Positions 12,352 through 26,567 of a stretch of DNA of 64,000 nucleotides are shown in pieces. This stretch comes from Tubulanus polymorphus (lineage: Eukaryota > Animalia > Nemertea). Within the stretch, counting starts at the first letter, position 1. Each line of letters begins with the position of its first letter. The notes beneath the pieces are model-generated. The model saw only the letters and a list, made by a program, of their open reading frames with translations, did not search any database and was not told the DNA's origin. The stretch is taken from assembly GCF_964204645.1 (NCBI RefSeq), contig NC_134035.1:4774001-4838000 (forward strand). The letters are read 5' to 3'. A program made the position numbers and the translations under genes.

Positions 12352-14170
12352 TCGAATGGATGTTTATCCATCTAAGATACAAACTAGACATAGCGATAAA
12401 TGAAAAAATTTTCGTGGAATATATTTGTTATACGTTTGAAGAAATTGGAAATACTGTTGCATTGGGGTCGTGCAGTCTTGTCATTTGTGTACATATGGGA
12501 GCGAGAACATTAACACGAAAAAAAACTGATGAATTCATCGTTTACAAATTTGTGTATGATATTTATCACCGATTGATAATTTTTACGCTTGGAATCTTTT
12601 TTTTTTTCATTGTATAATGTATTATTTAGATATGTATTAACTAGATATGAATATATAATTGTACGATGGCTGGTTTGTTGAAGCCGACATTTATCATGTT
12701 TATACGTACACGCAACATCTATAAGATAATTAAGTAAAATATTTGTAAATAGTCGCCATATTTCTTAACGTCTAAGAAAGTTTATATATTAGATATGTAA
12801 ATTCTATTATATATTATAGTATTAATATACATATATACATATGATATTCCGGTTCCTGTGGAGCGAAAAAGATCTGCTATTTAAAACAGCGCTATATGTT
12901 GGTTATGAAGTAGCGAGAGAGGAGAAGCACTTAGTCTAATCTACGACGGGAATAAGAAAACAACTTGTTCGCGTTCGTTCTTCGCAGACGATGTTAGTGA
13001 TGATGATGAAGGATATATAGAACGGTTTCTTGTATAACTCGCTATGCTATAATAAACTATCATCTTTACGTTCAGGAGTTATTTCACGTGTAAAGAAGCG
13101 TCTGAGAGATCAGAATAAAGGAGTCGTTGTACTTGTATTTAAACGACGCCTCGAAGCAGTTTCGATTAGTAGAGCCACGTATATACATGAACAACTGGTC
13201 AACAATTCCATGAAGATCATCGTAAAATATGTGTAATATCATTTTATGAAATGGATTTCATAGTGGCATTCATAGATACATGTCTATATATATGTAATTA
13301 TTCACGAGACCCTGATATAGAAGGATTTTCTAGTGGTTTCTAGCTACGAAACGAAACCAGTTTGTCATCGCGTCATCATCAGTGTAGTCAACGTATATAT
13401 ATAAAAAAAATCATATGTAAATCATCGGAACAAACACGTGATCACGTGATACATTTAAATGAGCGTATCTTCGTCGGGAGAACGTATACACCTCGATCGG
13501 TTTTCGTGTACATACGACGGAGCCACAATTTCTGGCTCTGTTTTTTTAGGAGGTTTTATGAAATTTACTTTAATCTTAGCATCTATCTTCGATTGTGCCA
13601 AACCTATTACTGACGACTGTTGACGAGGATACAGTTCCATGTACGTAGTCCAACCACAGGGGCTTGTGACAATATGATAGCGGGGGTGATACCAGTATCT
13701 CTTATCAGGGATACTGAGTATCAGCATACTGCGACCAGCCCCTGTATAGTCCCGATTTAAATATTGACCCTTGCGTTGAATTATTGGAAATAACTTTGAA
13801 ATCACCGGTCGTGGAACTGGATTGAGGAGTCCCAGTTGGTCCATGTGTTTTCAACGAAATTGCTTTCTTTTTTTTAAATAAAACTAACTCACGCATTCAA
13901 TCATGAGTGTCATATGCGATAATATATGTATGTGAAAAGTTTTGGTCTAATTGAAAATAGAAAACGTAATCCATTTGCCATAGAAATTGTAATCGTTGAC
14001 TTGTTGCGAGGTCAGTACGTAACACTGATTCAGGTTCCAGTCGCCTACCTGGATTCTTCAACGTAGAATCTCACCAGGCTTGCCTGGAAAATTTATCCCT
14101 GTCATCATCAGGATGGTGTTCCTTATTGGTGTTTGCCAAAAACGTTTTGGGAATCAAGAACTGCACTTGA

Positions 14171-14451
14171 GCCGCGATCACACGAGCGTTTTTCGCCCGT
14201 GCCAAATATGGCCCGGAAAACTGTTCACACACAGTTGCCAAATTTGGCCCGACCATTAACAGCCAAATTTTAGCACGGGTCAAATTATTACGTGTGAATT
14301 GCTACTGGTTCCGGAAATGACTTCGCTTCGTTTAGTATCGAGTAAGTGGTAAACGTGTGAACGCGCTCTCTAATAAACGCGGGCCAAATTTTAATCGGGC
14401 CTGATCCACGCCAATTTGATCCTGGTCAAATCGGCTACGTGTGGTCGCGGC
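14171..14451. mobile_element. PIF/Harbinger-like MITE
   Basis: TIRs GCCGCGATCACACG and CGTGTGGTCGCGGC, flanked by TGA on both sides. Confidence 0.7.
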
Positions 14452-15531
14452 TGAAAATTCCTGGCTTGTGACAGTTCCTGATGTTCGCTTGATTGTGTCC
14501 TATTCCCTGCTTGTATGGCCACATACCTTTCCCAGCACCTATCGTATCCTTGAAGATTTAGTGGAAGAATGCCGTTGGCACCAATGAGACGTAGGACTAT
14601 CGCGCAGACCCCGATTTAGTCAGTGTATGACGTCGTATGATAGCTAGTTCTGTACTCGAGAATCTCACAATGTAACCATGGCGTGGGAGAAGAATGCGGG
14701 TTTTCCTTCGAAGATTTGAAGCTGCACCCAGGAGACTTTTAGTATTAGATCACTTAGAGAAATAACTGACGAAATCGTGAGTTATATATTCGTATTTGAC
14801 TGTTTGTTTATTATTCAACCTATTATATAAATTCACCTTGCGACAATGTTTCTTTATTTCTGACAAACTAAATTCGATTCATAAACAACGGAAATGTATC
14901 ATTCACGAGATAGCTTCGTTTTCCTTGTCCTGAAATAAAAAGGTCGTAGTGAAATCAACAATTGAAGCCGCAGTTAAGTTCAGCCTAGCGTAAATATCAT
15001 TGATTGATGATTTGAATTACCTTTACTTGACTTGCGTAACGTTTCGTGTATTCTTTAGCTTTCGTGTTGAATTTCTCTCTATCGAATCTGAATTCGTGAG
15101 CCTTAAACGAAAAACAGGAAAACATATCGCTTCGATTTAACCTTAGAGTCAACTGTATTTTCAAAGCGAAGATATTTGAGAGTCTTGGCCCAGTTACACA
15201 GTTGCGAGTTAAATAAGTTCAATTTCGATGTTTTAACTCTAGAGTCAAATCTTAACTCAGAACTGTGGAACTAGGTTTAGTATCTTATATATAGGTGTCA
15301 CTTAACCTAAGACCGACTTAACATAAAACCTAAAGGGTCTTATGACTTAGGTTTAGGGGTCTTAGGTTTAGTGACATCCCAAGTCGATGATATTTACGAT
15401 ATCAGCCATTAGGGGATCGTCGGGATTCGGTTCGGAAAGCAGCAGCTGAATCGAAGTCAGAATTGTAGAAATATTCAAAGACGGTTTCCATGAACCCTAA
15501 AAAAACAATATTGACCTTAAGCAAAAATCTA

Positions 15532-15693
<162 letters not shown>

Positions 15694-16599
15694 TTAGTAA
15701 AATATTCATCAGATACAACACCAAAATATTAAACTGATCCTTTTATCTAGGATCCAGTCAGTCCGAGATGGGAGAATCTACCGTTCCGGGATTAAGTTAG
15801 TAAATACCTATCTGGTATTTGAATTTCGAGTCCAAACAGCCCATCAGCATACGGAGTTCCATCACTACCAATCAACTCTAGTAAAAAGAAATCAATAAAG
15901 TACGAATCTGTTAATTGTTTCGTGCATTAGGAATGTCGAATGATCGGATCGGACGGGGGGGGGCGGGATCAAGAGTGCCAAGACGTACGCGCTTCCATTT
16001 CGTCTGATTTATTTTTCTTCACCCAACACGAAATTCCCGGGGGTGGATCTGTCTCTAACATCTTCACCTCCTTCCTCAGCCGTCCTAAACGAGCTGCCAT
16101 GACGATAGAACGGCACCGGGATACGGATAAGAAGAATTTTTTCACTTCAAACTATTGAAATGGTCGGCGACCTTGAGAATTTTGACGTATGTTCGGTTAA
16201 TGGTTGATACGCAGTTTTGGGCTCGAATCCTGAAATAGCTAATCATGGTACCGCGAACCAGTCAATATCCCTAATCGGCGGATTAGGGATTTGAAATCCA
16301 CAATGAATCCGAACTCCAACATTTAGGGAGCACTACACTCAGTCTCCGTATTTACCGGTCTTGGACTTAAATAAAATTCAAATTGAAATTTGTTCATCAA
16401 TTTACAAATGCGTTTTTTGTCGGTGATCGCTACAGTACAGAAATAAACTTTCATAGGAAAATGAATGAAAAGTCCGTAAAGAAAATCTAATATAATGTGG
16501 AAACTAGTATATCCACGACATTTACTTAAAACACTAAGTCCGATTCCGTGATTTAGGGCGCAGGGACCTGAGGTCAGTTCAATGAATGAAGAATTGTGT

Positions 16600-16763
16600 C
16601 AATTGTGTTCACACCGTCTGCCCTGAACCCGGAAGTATTTTTCGTGTTTTTTCAATATTTTTGGGATTTTCCACTACTGTGGTGTTTGAATGAAGTGGTG
16701 CAACTACTGACGACGAATTAGGTGGACCGCTCTACTTACCGTGAGATCATATCATTGTTTAAG
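16600..16763 (+). promoter_or_regulatory. Putative promoter and first non-coding exon of SPRYD3
   Basis: ETS-type CCGGAAGT at ~16629 and a strong donor AAG|GTAAGT at 16763/16764. The SPRYD3 start-codon exon has an acceptor at 28361 that needs an upstream exon. The pairing is inferred. Confidence 0.45.
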
Positions 16764-18261
16764 GTAAGTGTAGCTTACGCAATCAATAATTACAACAGGG
16801 ATTGTTTCCGTTTTGTGTTGAGCTTTTAATAATTGTAAAACTTCACAATCACACTCACCACAAGTAAATTAAATTGTCAGATTGAAGTCTAAAAGTTTGC
16901 TCGCTCTCTGTTTTTATGCTTTGCTTCACGCTAAAGGCCTATTAGTAACTGGATTGAGTATTTAGATTGAGGTTTAATACGTGCGACAAACTAAACAGAA
17001 CAGAGAAACATTTTGAATAATACAGAAGAATCGTACTATATTATTATGATTTCTCATCAATTTTGTATTTTATCCTTTTTCTCATCTTTATTGTAAAAAA
17101 CCCTGACTTGTATATTATACTCATATGACAAACCGATATATATATATATTGAATTGGTTAGCCTATTCAGTTGAAAAATTGAAGAAGGCAGTCAGCCTTT
17201 CCACACTCTCGATTGGCTGATAGTATTTTTTTATCCTGTCACTTTTCTAACCCACTTCATCAATGATCGTGGTATGCCACCATCTGAGATCAGTTACAAC
17301 GATAATATAAATGCCACTGAAAATTTGCCTGACTTCTCTGCTAATAAATCGGTTATTCAGTTATTGTCTTGCATGGATCAGGTAATTTTGAGACTTTGAT
17401 CAGAGAAAATTCAGGGACAGGGAAAAATAATCAGGGAATTCTGAGTGTCCATATCTGTACGAACCCTGCATCTCGCTACTTGCCTGCTGACCAGTAGAAA
17501 ATCGACTAGGCCTACTCATTATTATCTTTATAACATTTTGGACTTAGGCCTATTATAATCATACCACTTTTATATTCAGTATTATACGGTATAATATTGT
17601 GGGCAGTTTGTCTGAGTCCTTCTCCTTAAATCTTTCAATCATTCATGAATCTTATGATGGTTTCCTATAATGATATAGCTCTTCACTGATGTAAATAAGA
17701 CTTGTTGGTAAAATACAATGGAATATCTATATTGAATCGGTTGTAGCTCACAATATCCGTGATAAAACGATAATAGTAGAATCCTTAGTATAAATGAAGT
17801 TATGTCTAGAAAGTTTATTAAAATATCAGAAATGTTTTAGATATATTTTCACCCGAAATATTTCTAATATTGCAGTAAACTTTTTAGACATTACTTCGTT
17901 TATAGAGGATTTTACTATCAAGAACATGTATATGTATGTATGGGTATGTGTGGCCTATCATGTTAGGTACAGGTGACACTAATGCGCAGTAGGCGCATGA
18001 CTGATAGACGTATGAGTACATGCTATTTATATTTTCAGAAGTTCAAGTCCAATCATTTATTTTCCTGAAAACCTTGTTTTCAATTCAGCTATATTCATTA
18101 GTAGCCTAGATTCGGTCCTCCATTGCTTGTATAAACTGAAATTGTCCTATTGTCTAGATATTAGTATATATATTAGTCTTAATTTATAAGGTGGTAGAAA
18201 TTGGTCAGAAGTGTCCATCCCCAATGCTACGCCTTTTGCTTAAAGCCTACCAGTGCAGATA

Positions 18262-18417
18262 GGGATCATTCATATTACGAACGCATGAAATTTGACTTTT
18301 TCAACCCCCCCCTGTAGGCAAAATCGGCCATTTTTTTCATAAACATTAAGCATTACAGTATGCAATTGCACTTAACCCTCCCCTCCCCCAATGTGTACGT
18401 AATAAATGAATGATCCC
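18262..18417. mobile_element. MITE with GGGATCATTCAT TIR and 3-bp TSD
   Basis: ATA|GGGATCATTCAT...ATGAATGATCCC|ATA. Confidence 0.65.
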
Positions 18418-19277
18418 ATAGTACATGTAGGTCTTAGATGAAGAAACTATGAAATGTGGCAGAGTGTGCTATTGTTGAATTGTGTATCGATAGGCAAACA
18501 AGTCGATGTCCCTAATCAACGGAATCCAACTTAATTCCCATTACGAGATTTAGGGAGAACTGCAGACAGGAATCAAAATGTAGAGGCAATTTTTGATTTT
18601 TTAATCCGTAATCAGGAACTGAAATCTCCGGGGTATTCGGCCCAGTTCTCATGTCTGTTTCGGAATATGAAAGGAGTGCCTCAATGGTTTTGCTGTGTAT
18701 TAGAATATTGCGCGTCTCGGCCAGACAAACATCAATCTCTGCGAATGTTTTCCCGATCGGAAATAACGAAAGTATAAGTAAATATATCATTTATCATCTG
18801 AGTCAACAGTCTAGACGCAGTTGACACAAACTGTCATTAGCAGTAGGCTATCATCGGCGTCGGAATCCGTCCTATTCGCATGATCTCGGCGGTTTTAAAC
18901 CGTGCGCATGAATCTCGTTTAGTCTCGTTAATGATTTCGTTTGAATGCCGATCCCAACGAACCCCGAACCGTATTAGAGATCATCCTCTAGTCATTTTCA
19001 TCGGTCTCGTTATTGTTAGCGTCGTCGTCGGTTGCTGTAGGGAAGCAATTTTATGCTGCGTTGGTTTTTACACGGTCTTATTATTAATACGGCGGTGGCG
19101 GTGGCCTATCGGATCTCTCTCTTCGACGCGATGATAAAAACATTGCAACAGCTTTTCATGATTGCAATTTTCTAAAATGAAATGTTTTACCTCATCATGT
19201 ATATTAACCCTGTAACTGCCGGCGTTGCATAAGACAGAAGGTAAATGAATGATTTTTCAAAATGTCCAAGGCTGCAA

Positions 19278-19510
19278 TCAGTTATAACGAGCGCATTTTC
19301 AGGTCTCCTGAAATTCGTTCTGATGAGGTTCCGCTGTATCAGTTATAACAAACAGATTTTCAGGTCTCCTGAAGTTCGTTGTAACGAGGTTCCGCTGTAT
19401 CAGTTATAACAAACAGATTTTCTGGTCTCCTGAAGTTTGTTGTAATGAGGTTCCGCTGTATCAGTTATAACGAACAGATTTTCTGGTCTCCCGAAGTTCG
19501 TTGTAACAAG
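19278..19510. repeat. ~58-bp tandem repeat (4 units) derived from the end of the Tigger-like MITE
   Basis: The unit CAGTTATAACAAACAGATTTTCAGGTCTCCTGAAGTTCGTTGTAACGAGGTTCCGCTGTAT matches the right terminus of 40057-40230. Confidence 0.75.
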
Positions 19511-20214
19511 AGATTTCATATGGAACTGATGTTCGGTTTGTTTTTCCCTCATTCAGTATTTAGTATCAGCTGTAGGATTTGAACTTTCTCCCGAACCCGC
19601 AGCGAGAATATTACATTTAGGGCAGAGTCGTCGAAACCTAACTCGAAGTCATCGGCGACTGCGGTCATTAATAAAATGAAATGACTCATCGGTAACTATT
19701 AACGTTCCCATCGATAGCGTTGGATCTCTTCGGCTGTTCGACACGCGCCGAGATAATCAATCTCTATTGAATCTAAGAGATGTCTCTTTGCTTCGTTGAT
19801 CGGCTGCTTAATTTTCTGTAATGATTGCGTCTGCGACTCTCTCCTAGACTCTCTCCTAATAGACACATCGGTTTTCATCGGTCGTCGAAACCCTAATCTC
19901 GCTTGAAGATCAATTTTCTGGCAATTTTCTGGCTTTCGAGTTTTGTCTCTACTGAAGATGGCTTTGCATCGCCTTTTCAATAATTTTCGCCTGTTGCCAG
20001 TAAGCTCCACTCCAATCTGATCCGACTAATTGGTACTTTCATTTTGTATCTAATAATTCTTTTCTCTGTATATTGTTTATGTTCGATGTAAATAAAATAT
20101 CAATCAATCAAAACCCACTCGGAGATTTGTTTTTTTTAAATATTTTTTTCAACTCTTATGAAACCGATATCTATCCGATAACTACTCACATAGGTCTCTC
20201 TATCCATAAATATT

Positions 20215-20765
20215 ACTCTCTAACTCAGATATCATTGTCAAGTCAAAAGATCCGACTTGAGCAGAGAATGCTGTACCATCCAACTCAGATATCGCTCTCA
20301 AGTTAAAAGATCCGACTTGAACGGAGTCTACTAAACCATCCAACTCAGATATTACTCTCAAGTCAAAAGATCTGACTGGAGCGGAGTCTACTGTACCATC
20401 CAACTCAGATATCACTCTCAAGTTAAAAGATCCAACTTAAGCGGAGTCTACTGTACCATCCAACTCGGATATCACTCTTAAGTCAAAAGACCCGCCTTGA
20501 GCAGAGTCTACTATGCAAATCAAATATCGCTCTCAAGATCTGACTGGAGCGGAGTCTACTAAACCATCAAACTCGGATATCACTATCAAGTCAAAAGATC
20601 CGACTTGAGCCGAGTCTACTGTACCATCCAACTCAGATATTACTCTCAAGTCAAAACATCTGACTTGAGCGGAGTCTACGATACCTTCAACTCAGATATC
20701 AATCAAGTCAAAAGATCCGACTTGAGCGGAGTCTATACTGTACCATCCTACTTGGATATCACTGT
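20215..20765. repeat. ~60-bp minisatellite (about 9 units)
   Basis: Unit ACTCAGATATCACTCTCAAGTCAAAAGATCCGACTTGAGCGGAGTCTACTGTACCATCCA. Degenerate relatives at ~41490 and ~48080-48230. Confidence 0.9.
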
Positions 20766-21619
20766 CTAGTCAGACACATTTTTACCGTACCAAAAAAAAA
20801 CCCGGTTTGAGCTGAGTTCCTGATGCAGAAAATGTTTTTAAATGATTCAACTGATTCGATCTGGGAATTGAAATGTAGTGAATTATTCCGCGGACTCTGA
20901 AACGAATGGTTATTCGTCTCAGTAAATAACATCGCAGAATTCTCGTAATCTCGAGCGTCTTCGAGCTGAAAATCTAAAGAAAAAAACCGAGACGACGCTC
21001 GCTCAGCCCCTCGAGAGACCGAGACCGACGTACGTACGCGCAGTTATCAGAGACGAAATCTTCCGAACCAGTCGGGTTGATTAATTCGCGAGTCGGGTTT
21101 TTTCCCCGCCGCGCTATTCACTGCCTCCGGCGTATCGGATCGCGAGCTGGAAAATACGACAATAACCGATCTACGCGGACGCTAGATCAGAATAAAATTG
21201 GCGCTGCTGTTTAACGTTTTCGGGTGGATCTAGAAAAAAACAGAACAAGGGTCTAAATGAAAAGAGGCGAGCGAAATGGAGTGACCATACGTCGTATCGC
21301 ATATGAGCCGAAAAATTCGCTTAGCAAAGGGAGCTGTGGCGAGCGTGTGCATCATAAAACCGTAATTACTACATATCTTCACCATTTACGTTGTGATAAG
21401 CGGCTTATTGTTAAATCTATTTGAGATGAGCAAAACGGAGTGACCCTGCGGCCCAGATCCCCAAATGCCGTTTTTGCATTGTCGTTTCAATTTTAATCGC
21501 AAAGATTTTGCTATTTTTCGATTTTTGATAAGTTCTATCCAGCACGCATGTTGCTATTTACACGTGTTGCTGGTCGACTCTACCGGGTACCGGGTTATTT
21601 TTTCGTTCTATAATGCAGG

Positions 21620-22282
21620 ACTGCAGAGCTGGTGTACCAGTGACCGGCTCCCCGTCTGGAATGCAGAGCCGGTCTACCGGCGACCAGCTTTGCGCTCTGG
21701 AATTCAGAGCCAGTCTACCAGTTGGAATGCAGTGCCAATCTACCAGCTTCCTGTCTGAAATGCAGAGCTGTGATCTACCAGCGACCAGCTTTGCGGTCTG
21801 GAATTCAGAGCCAGTCTACCAGCTGAAATGTAGAGCCAGTCTACCAGCTGGAATGTAGAGCTGGTCTACCAGCTGGAATGTAGAGCTGGTCTACCAGCTG
21901 GAATGCAGAGCCGGTCTACCAGCTGGAATGTAGAGCCGGTCTACCAGCTGGAATGTAGAGCTGGTCTACCAGCTGGAATGTAGAGCTGGTCTACCAGCTG
22001 GAATGCAGAGCCGGTCTACCAGCTGGAATGTAGAGCCGGTCTACCAGCTGGAATGTAGAGCTGGTCTACCAGCTGGAATGTAGTGCCAGTCTACCAGCTG
22101 GAATGTAGAGCCAGTCTACCAGCTGGAATGTAGTGCCAGTCTACCAGCTGGAATGTAGAGCCGGTCTACCAGCTGGAATGTAGAGCTGGTCTACCAGCTG
22201 GAATGTAGAGCTGGTCTACCAGCTGGAATGCAGAGCTGGTCTACCAGCTGGAATGTAGAGCTGGTCTACCAGCGACCAGCTC
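21620..22282. repeat. 25-bp minisatellite
   Basis: CTACCAGCTGGAATGTAGAGCTGGT is repeated near-perfectly over ~21830-22270, with degenerate 5' units. Confidence 0.95.
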
Positions 22283-22682
22283 TGTCTTTGTCGGATCGAT
22301 AATAATATGATCGCCGCATCAGAATTCCCGCTTCAGACTGCGGCAGCATTCCGACATTCTCTCTCGCTCTCTAGAGAGAGACGCCCGACTAAATTACATT
22401 CTTTGATGATGGTTTTTTCGCGTCGGCGCTCGGTGGTGTAAATGAAGCCGGGATCCAAACGCCGGATATCGATTTCTCGCTCTGTTTGTGTTCGCCTATT
22501 ACGACGCGTCGGCAATTACGACTTTTCGACGAACGAAATTCGGGCTGTTGACTTTTCGTTTGTTGTTTAAATCCGTTTATCGATTGTGTAAATTGGCTCG
22601 CGATAATGCATGGAGCTGCTCCTGCGAAAGAGATCGGAAGCTGTACCGCCGGGGCTGTTACATTCACACTAGTTAGTCCACT

Positions 22683-22726
22683 CATGGACGTAAAAACTAG
22701 ATATCTATCTAGTTTACACGTCCATG
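22683..22726. mobile_element. 44-bp palindromic mini-element with target-site duplication
   Basis: CATGGACGTAAAAACTAGATA..TATCTAGTTTACACGTCCATG flanked by GTCCACT on both sides. Confidence 0.65.
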
Positions 22727-23749
22727 GTCCACTCTAATTTGGCGCGTTCAATGCTGCGCGTTCAAACATGTTTTTTAATCAGCTGTTATATGTTATATAT
22801 AGTTTAGTGTCAGTATTAAGTTATCAGTGTCATCTCTACAAGTGAAGCCAGCCTGTAAAAGGCTTACAAGTCACAAACTTTCATGCAAATAAAACGTATT
22901 CATGGTCTGTTACCTTTACGTCGTTTAGGACGCTCTTTCAATATTATAGATGCACGCGTATGTGATTATTCTACAATTTCATACGATCAGAGTTATTACC
23001 TCGGTACTTGAAAGTGACGTTTCATATGGACAGTTAGTACATCTTCAATTTTGTTCTATCACTGGTCCAGCTATAGACGCAACACTGTGATCGACAGTCT
23101 ATTGAAGTGAAGTTGAAATGAAGTTCCTGTTCAAAAATTATTTATTCCAAAAATCAGAACAGACCAGGATCGGTAGGCCTAATTTTGGTCGGTCTTAGTC
23201 GTTATAGCGTAAATGCTTGGTCAGGTCCGTTGTAAACTTGATTTAGAAAATTTTAACTATCTATTTGGCTAGATAGAGTTGTATTATTCAATTTTAATCC
23301 TAAAACCATATTGCACCATCGACGATGACAAGTCTTAATTACGTCATTAATTGAAATGTCTGTTCTACTTTTCTCATACGACGCTTTCGGGCGAAAAATA
23401 ATTCCCGCTGGGCGACATGCTGTAGCCGTCGTCGAGGGTTTCTCGTTTATATTCTCTCGCGTAAAACAACGCGAATTATTATCGACAAAAAATATTACGC
23501 GATTAATGACTCACGAAGCGAAATGCGAAACGTCGGGAAAACTTGATAAATAATTCCCGATACACAACGACGACGGCCGACCGAGGAAGGCCAACAGCGC
23601 GTTGAGGTCGGGTTACAATCTGTTGCGACTCTCTTCAGTGTCTCGTTTAACCATGTATTCCACTTAGTCCATACGTGTTTTCTGTGTTCTGCGTTTCATG
23701 CATGAAATCGTCGTATGATTCATTACACCTGTACAGATGTGCACAGTTC

Positions 23750-24395
23750 CCTCCTCTCCCTCTCACTATCAATCTGTCTCTACTCTCTCACCCTCTCCTC
23801 TCTCACCCTCTCCTCTCTCACCCTCTCCTCTCCCTCACCCCTCTCCCTCACTATGTCTCTCCCTCACCCCTCTCCCTCACTATGTCTCTCCCTCACCCCT
23901 CTCCCTCACTACATCTCTCACTCCCTCACTATGTCTCTCCCCACCCGCTCCTCTTTCACCCTCTCCTCTCTCCCTCGCCCTCTTCTCTCTCCTCCCTCAC
24001 CCCTCTCCCTCTCTCTCCCTCACTATGTCTCTCCCTCACTATGTCTCCCTCACCCTCTCCTCTCTCGCCCTTTCCTCTCCCTCACCCTCTCCTCTCTCAC
24101 CCTCTCCTCTCTCGCCCTCACCCTCTCCTCTCCCTCACCCCTCTCCCTCTCTTTCCCTCACTATGTCTCTCCCTCACTATGTCTCCCTCACCCTCTCCTC
24201 TCTCGCCCTCTCCTCTCTCTCCCTCACCCTCTCCTCTCTCGCCCTTTCCTCTCCCTCACCCTCTCCTCTCTCACCCTCTCCTCTCTCGCCCTCACCCTCT
24301 CCTCTCCCTCACCCCTCTCCCTCACTATGTCTCTCCCTCCCTCTCTTTGTCTCCTTTCACCCAATAGCCACCCCCTTACTCCTCACTCCCCTCTA
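23750..24395. repeat. CT-rich low-complexity polypyrimidine array
   Basis: A mosaic of CTCTCCCTCACCC and CTCACTATGTCTCT units. Confidence 0.95.
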
Positions 24396-24786
24396 ACGAT
24401 CTACGGAAAAAAATTACCATTCAAGACCCGTTTTCTCATCAAGCGACAAGTCTCATCGGGACCGACATAAAAACGCCTAATGGGGAGTTTGTTTGCAGAC
24501 GGCTTTATTTGTGACACATTTCGACCGCGCGCGTTCGCGGCAGTTGTCATTTGTTTCTTATGCTATTTCCGGATCTAGTTACAGTGTAGTTATTAGGTGT
24601 CATTGTTCAGATCGGTCCCTGCGATGAAGTCGGGTACCGACGAGTGGGAGTGTCTGAGATACGAGGGGGAACTTCGGCCTTCCTCTCTCTCTTCTCCATA
24701 CCTCCTTATCTAAGACCCGAACTGTACATCATTAAGCCCAAACTGAACCTCGGTAGGCTGTAGGGCACTCTCGTAGATTTATGATT

Positions 24787-24790
<4 letters not shown>

Positions 24791-24848
<58 letters not shown>
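24791..24848. repeat. (AT)n microsatellite
   Basis: Direct reading. Another (AT)n lies at ~52192-52221. Confidence 0.95.
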
Positions 24849-24852
<4 letters not shown>

Positions 24853-26450
24853 TCTCATCATAGAGGGCACATTTTAATGAAAACTGGCGTAATCTGTCGC
24901 TGTTTCTATCGTGGCAGTGCTAGTTATACCCGCTGGCTATTATACTCACATCAAGCGGATATTGGTCTGATGAATATTGGTTTATTATGGCAACCCGCAT
25001 CTCTCTTTCTCTCTCCTCTCTCTTCCCTCTCTCACTCTCCCCTCTCTCCCTCCCCCTCTCTCCCTCTCTCTCCTTCTCCTTTGCTTTCTTTTTGTAACGT
25101 TACTCTTTCAGCCTGCAGAATGTTCATTCATGAGAGATGCAACTCCGTTTTCATTACTGATTAACTAGGGAACAATTTCTTCCATGTTTAGATGAAATTT
25201 TCATGAAACCATTTCCACTTGTTACTCGCTTTATAGATAGGTTCCTTTCCAGCTCGGCTTGACTGAGGTGAAGTTTCGATGCTTCAAAATTCCATTTCTC
25301 ATCGAAGGATTCTAATTAAAAAAATCAGTTTTGAGTTTTTTTGCGAGCGCCGGGCATCTCTTAGCTCTTAGATCATCATTATCGGTGTAATTTGTGCTTA
25401 TTTCTAACGGTATCGAATTGTTACGTCGCGGCGGCGCGCGCCGGTGTCCGGTGTACTTTGACGGCGTTGTTATGTCAGTCGCTCGGTGTGTCGTTATTCT
25501 CGGAACGTCTGGCCATAAATTCTGAAACTTAGCAGAAGTGTGTGAGTCATCGCCGAGCTGCGCACGTTCAGTCAGTAGATGTGTGACATCTATCCGACCA
25601 CCTGTAGCTCCTTCAGCGCTCGACGAATTCGGTCGAAAAATTACCATTCGAAACTCGAGTCCGTACAGGAATGTATTAACGATATGCGCAGGGTAAGTCA
25701 CGTCGTCGTAGCTAATCTGTGTGTGAATTCTTCATCTTGAATTTGATTTATTTCGTCCGAAATTGCCGAAGAAAATGGATTTCGAAAGGTGTGATCTTAG
25801 AAAATTACCTCAGATGCCATGTTTTAGGTACGCCGGGATGAATGCTTATTTTGCAGTAGTTCTTTAATATTATGATATTTTTGCACCTGTACGTCGCATG
25901 GAAATATCTGCTGCTTCAATTCATTGAAGAAATAAATGTTTTGGCGACGTGTTTCATTGTGGTTTATGACTATGTGTTAACGGGTTTCCAGGTTCAGTGT
26001 CGTCTTTTCTCTTCACTCTTATCATCATCTATCCGTATCATTCCCCATTCCTTAACCCTACCTCTCTCTACTCTCTCTTGTCTCGCCCTCTCCTCCATAT
26101 TTCACTGGTTTCCAACCCGATCCAGGTTCAGTGTCGTCTTTTCTCTTCACTCTTGGCATCACCATCCTTATCACTCCCCGTTTGTTAGCCCTCCCTCTCT
26201 CTCTACTCCATATTTCACTGGTTTCCAACCTGATCCAGGTTCAGTGCTGTCTCCTCCTTTCATTCTTTCCATCCATATCCCTCCCCATTTCTTTACCCTT
26301 CTCTCTACCACCCTCATCCTCCATCTCCGCAAGATTTCGCTGGTTTTCAGGTTCAGTGTTGTCTCTTACCTTCAATATCTTTTCATCATCATTACCACCA
26401 TCCCTATCACTCCCCATTCCTCGTTCACTTTACTCCCTTTTGTCTCATCC

Positions 26451-26567
<117 letters not shown>

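Noticed and set aside
19699-20010. 103-aa basic ORF with dibasic sites (neuropeptide precursor?)
   Set aside because: It has a non-ATG start, no signal peptide, no repeated amidated peptides and no splice support.
21830-22270. CRISPR-like appearance, and a miR-1-like TGGAATGTA
   Set aside because: There are no unique spacers or cas genes and the context is eukaryotic. Similarity to miR-1 stops after the seed region.
23675-24470. Three long overlapping S/P/L-rich ORFs
   Set aside because: They are translations of a CT-rich low-complexity repeat that lacks stop codons.
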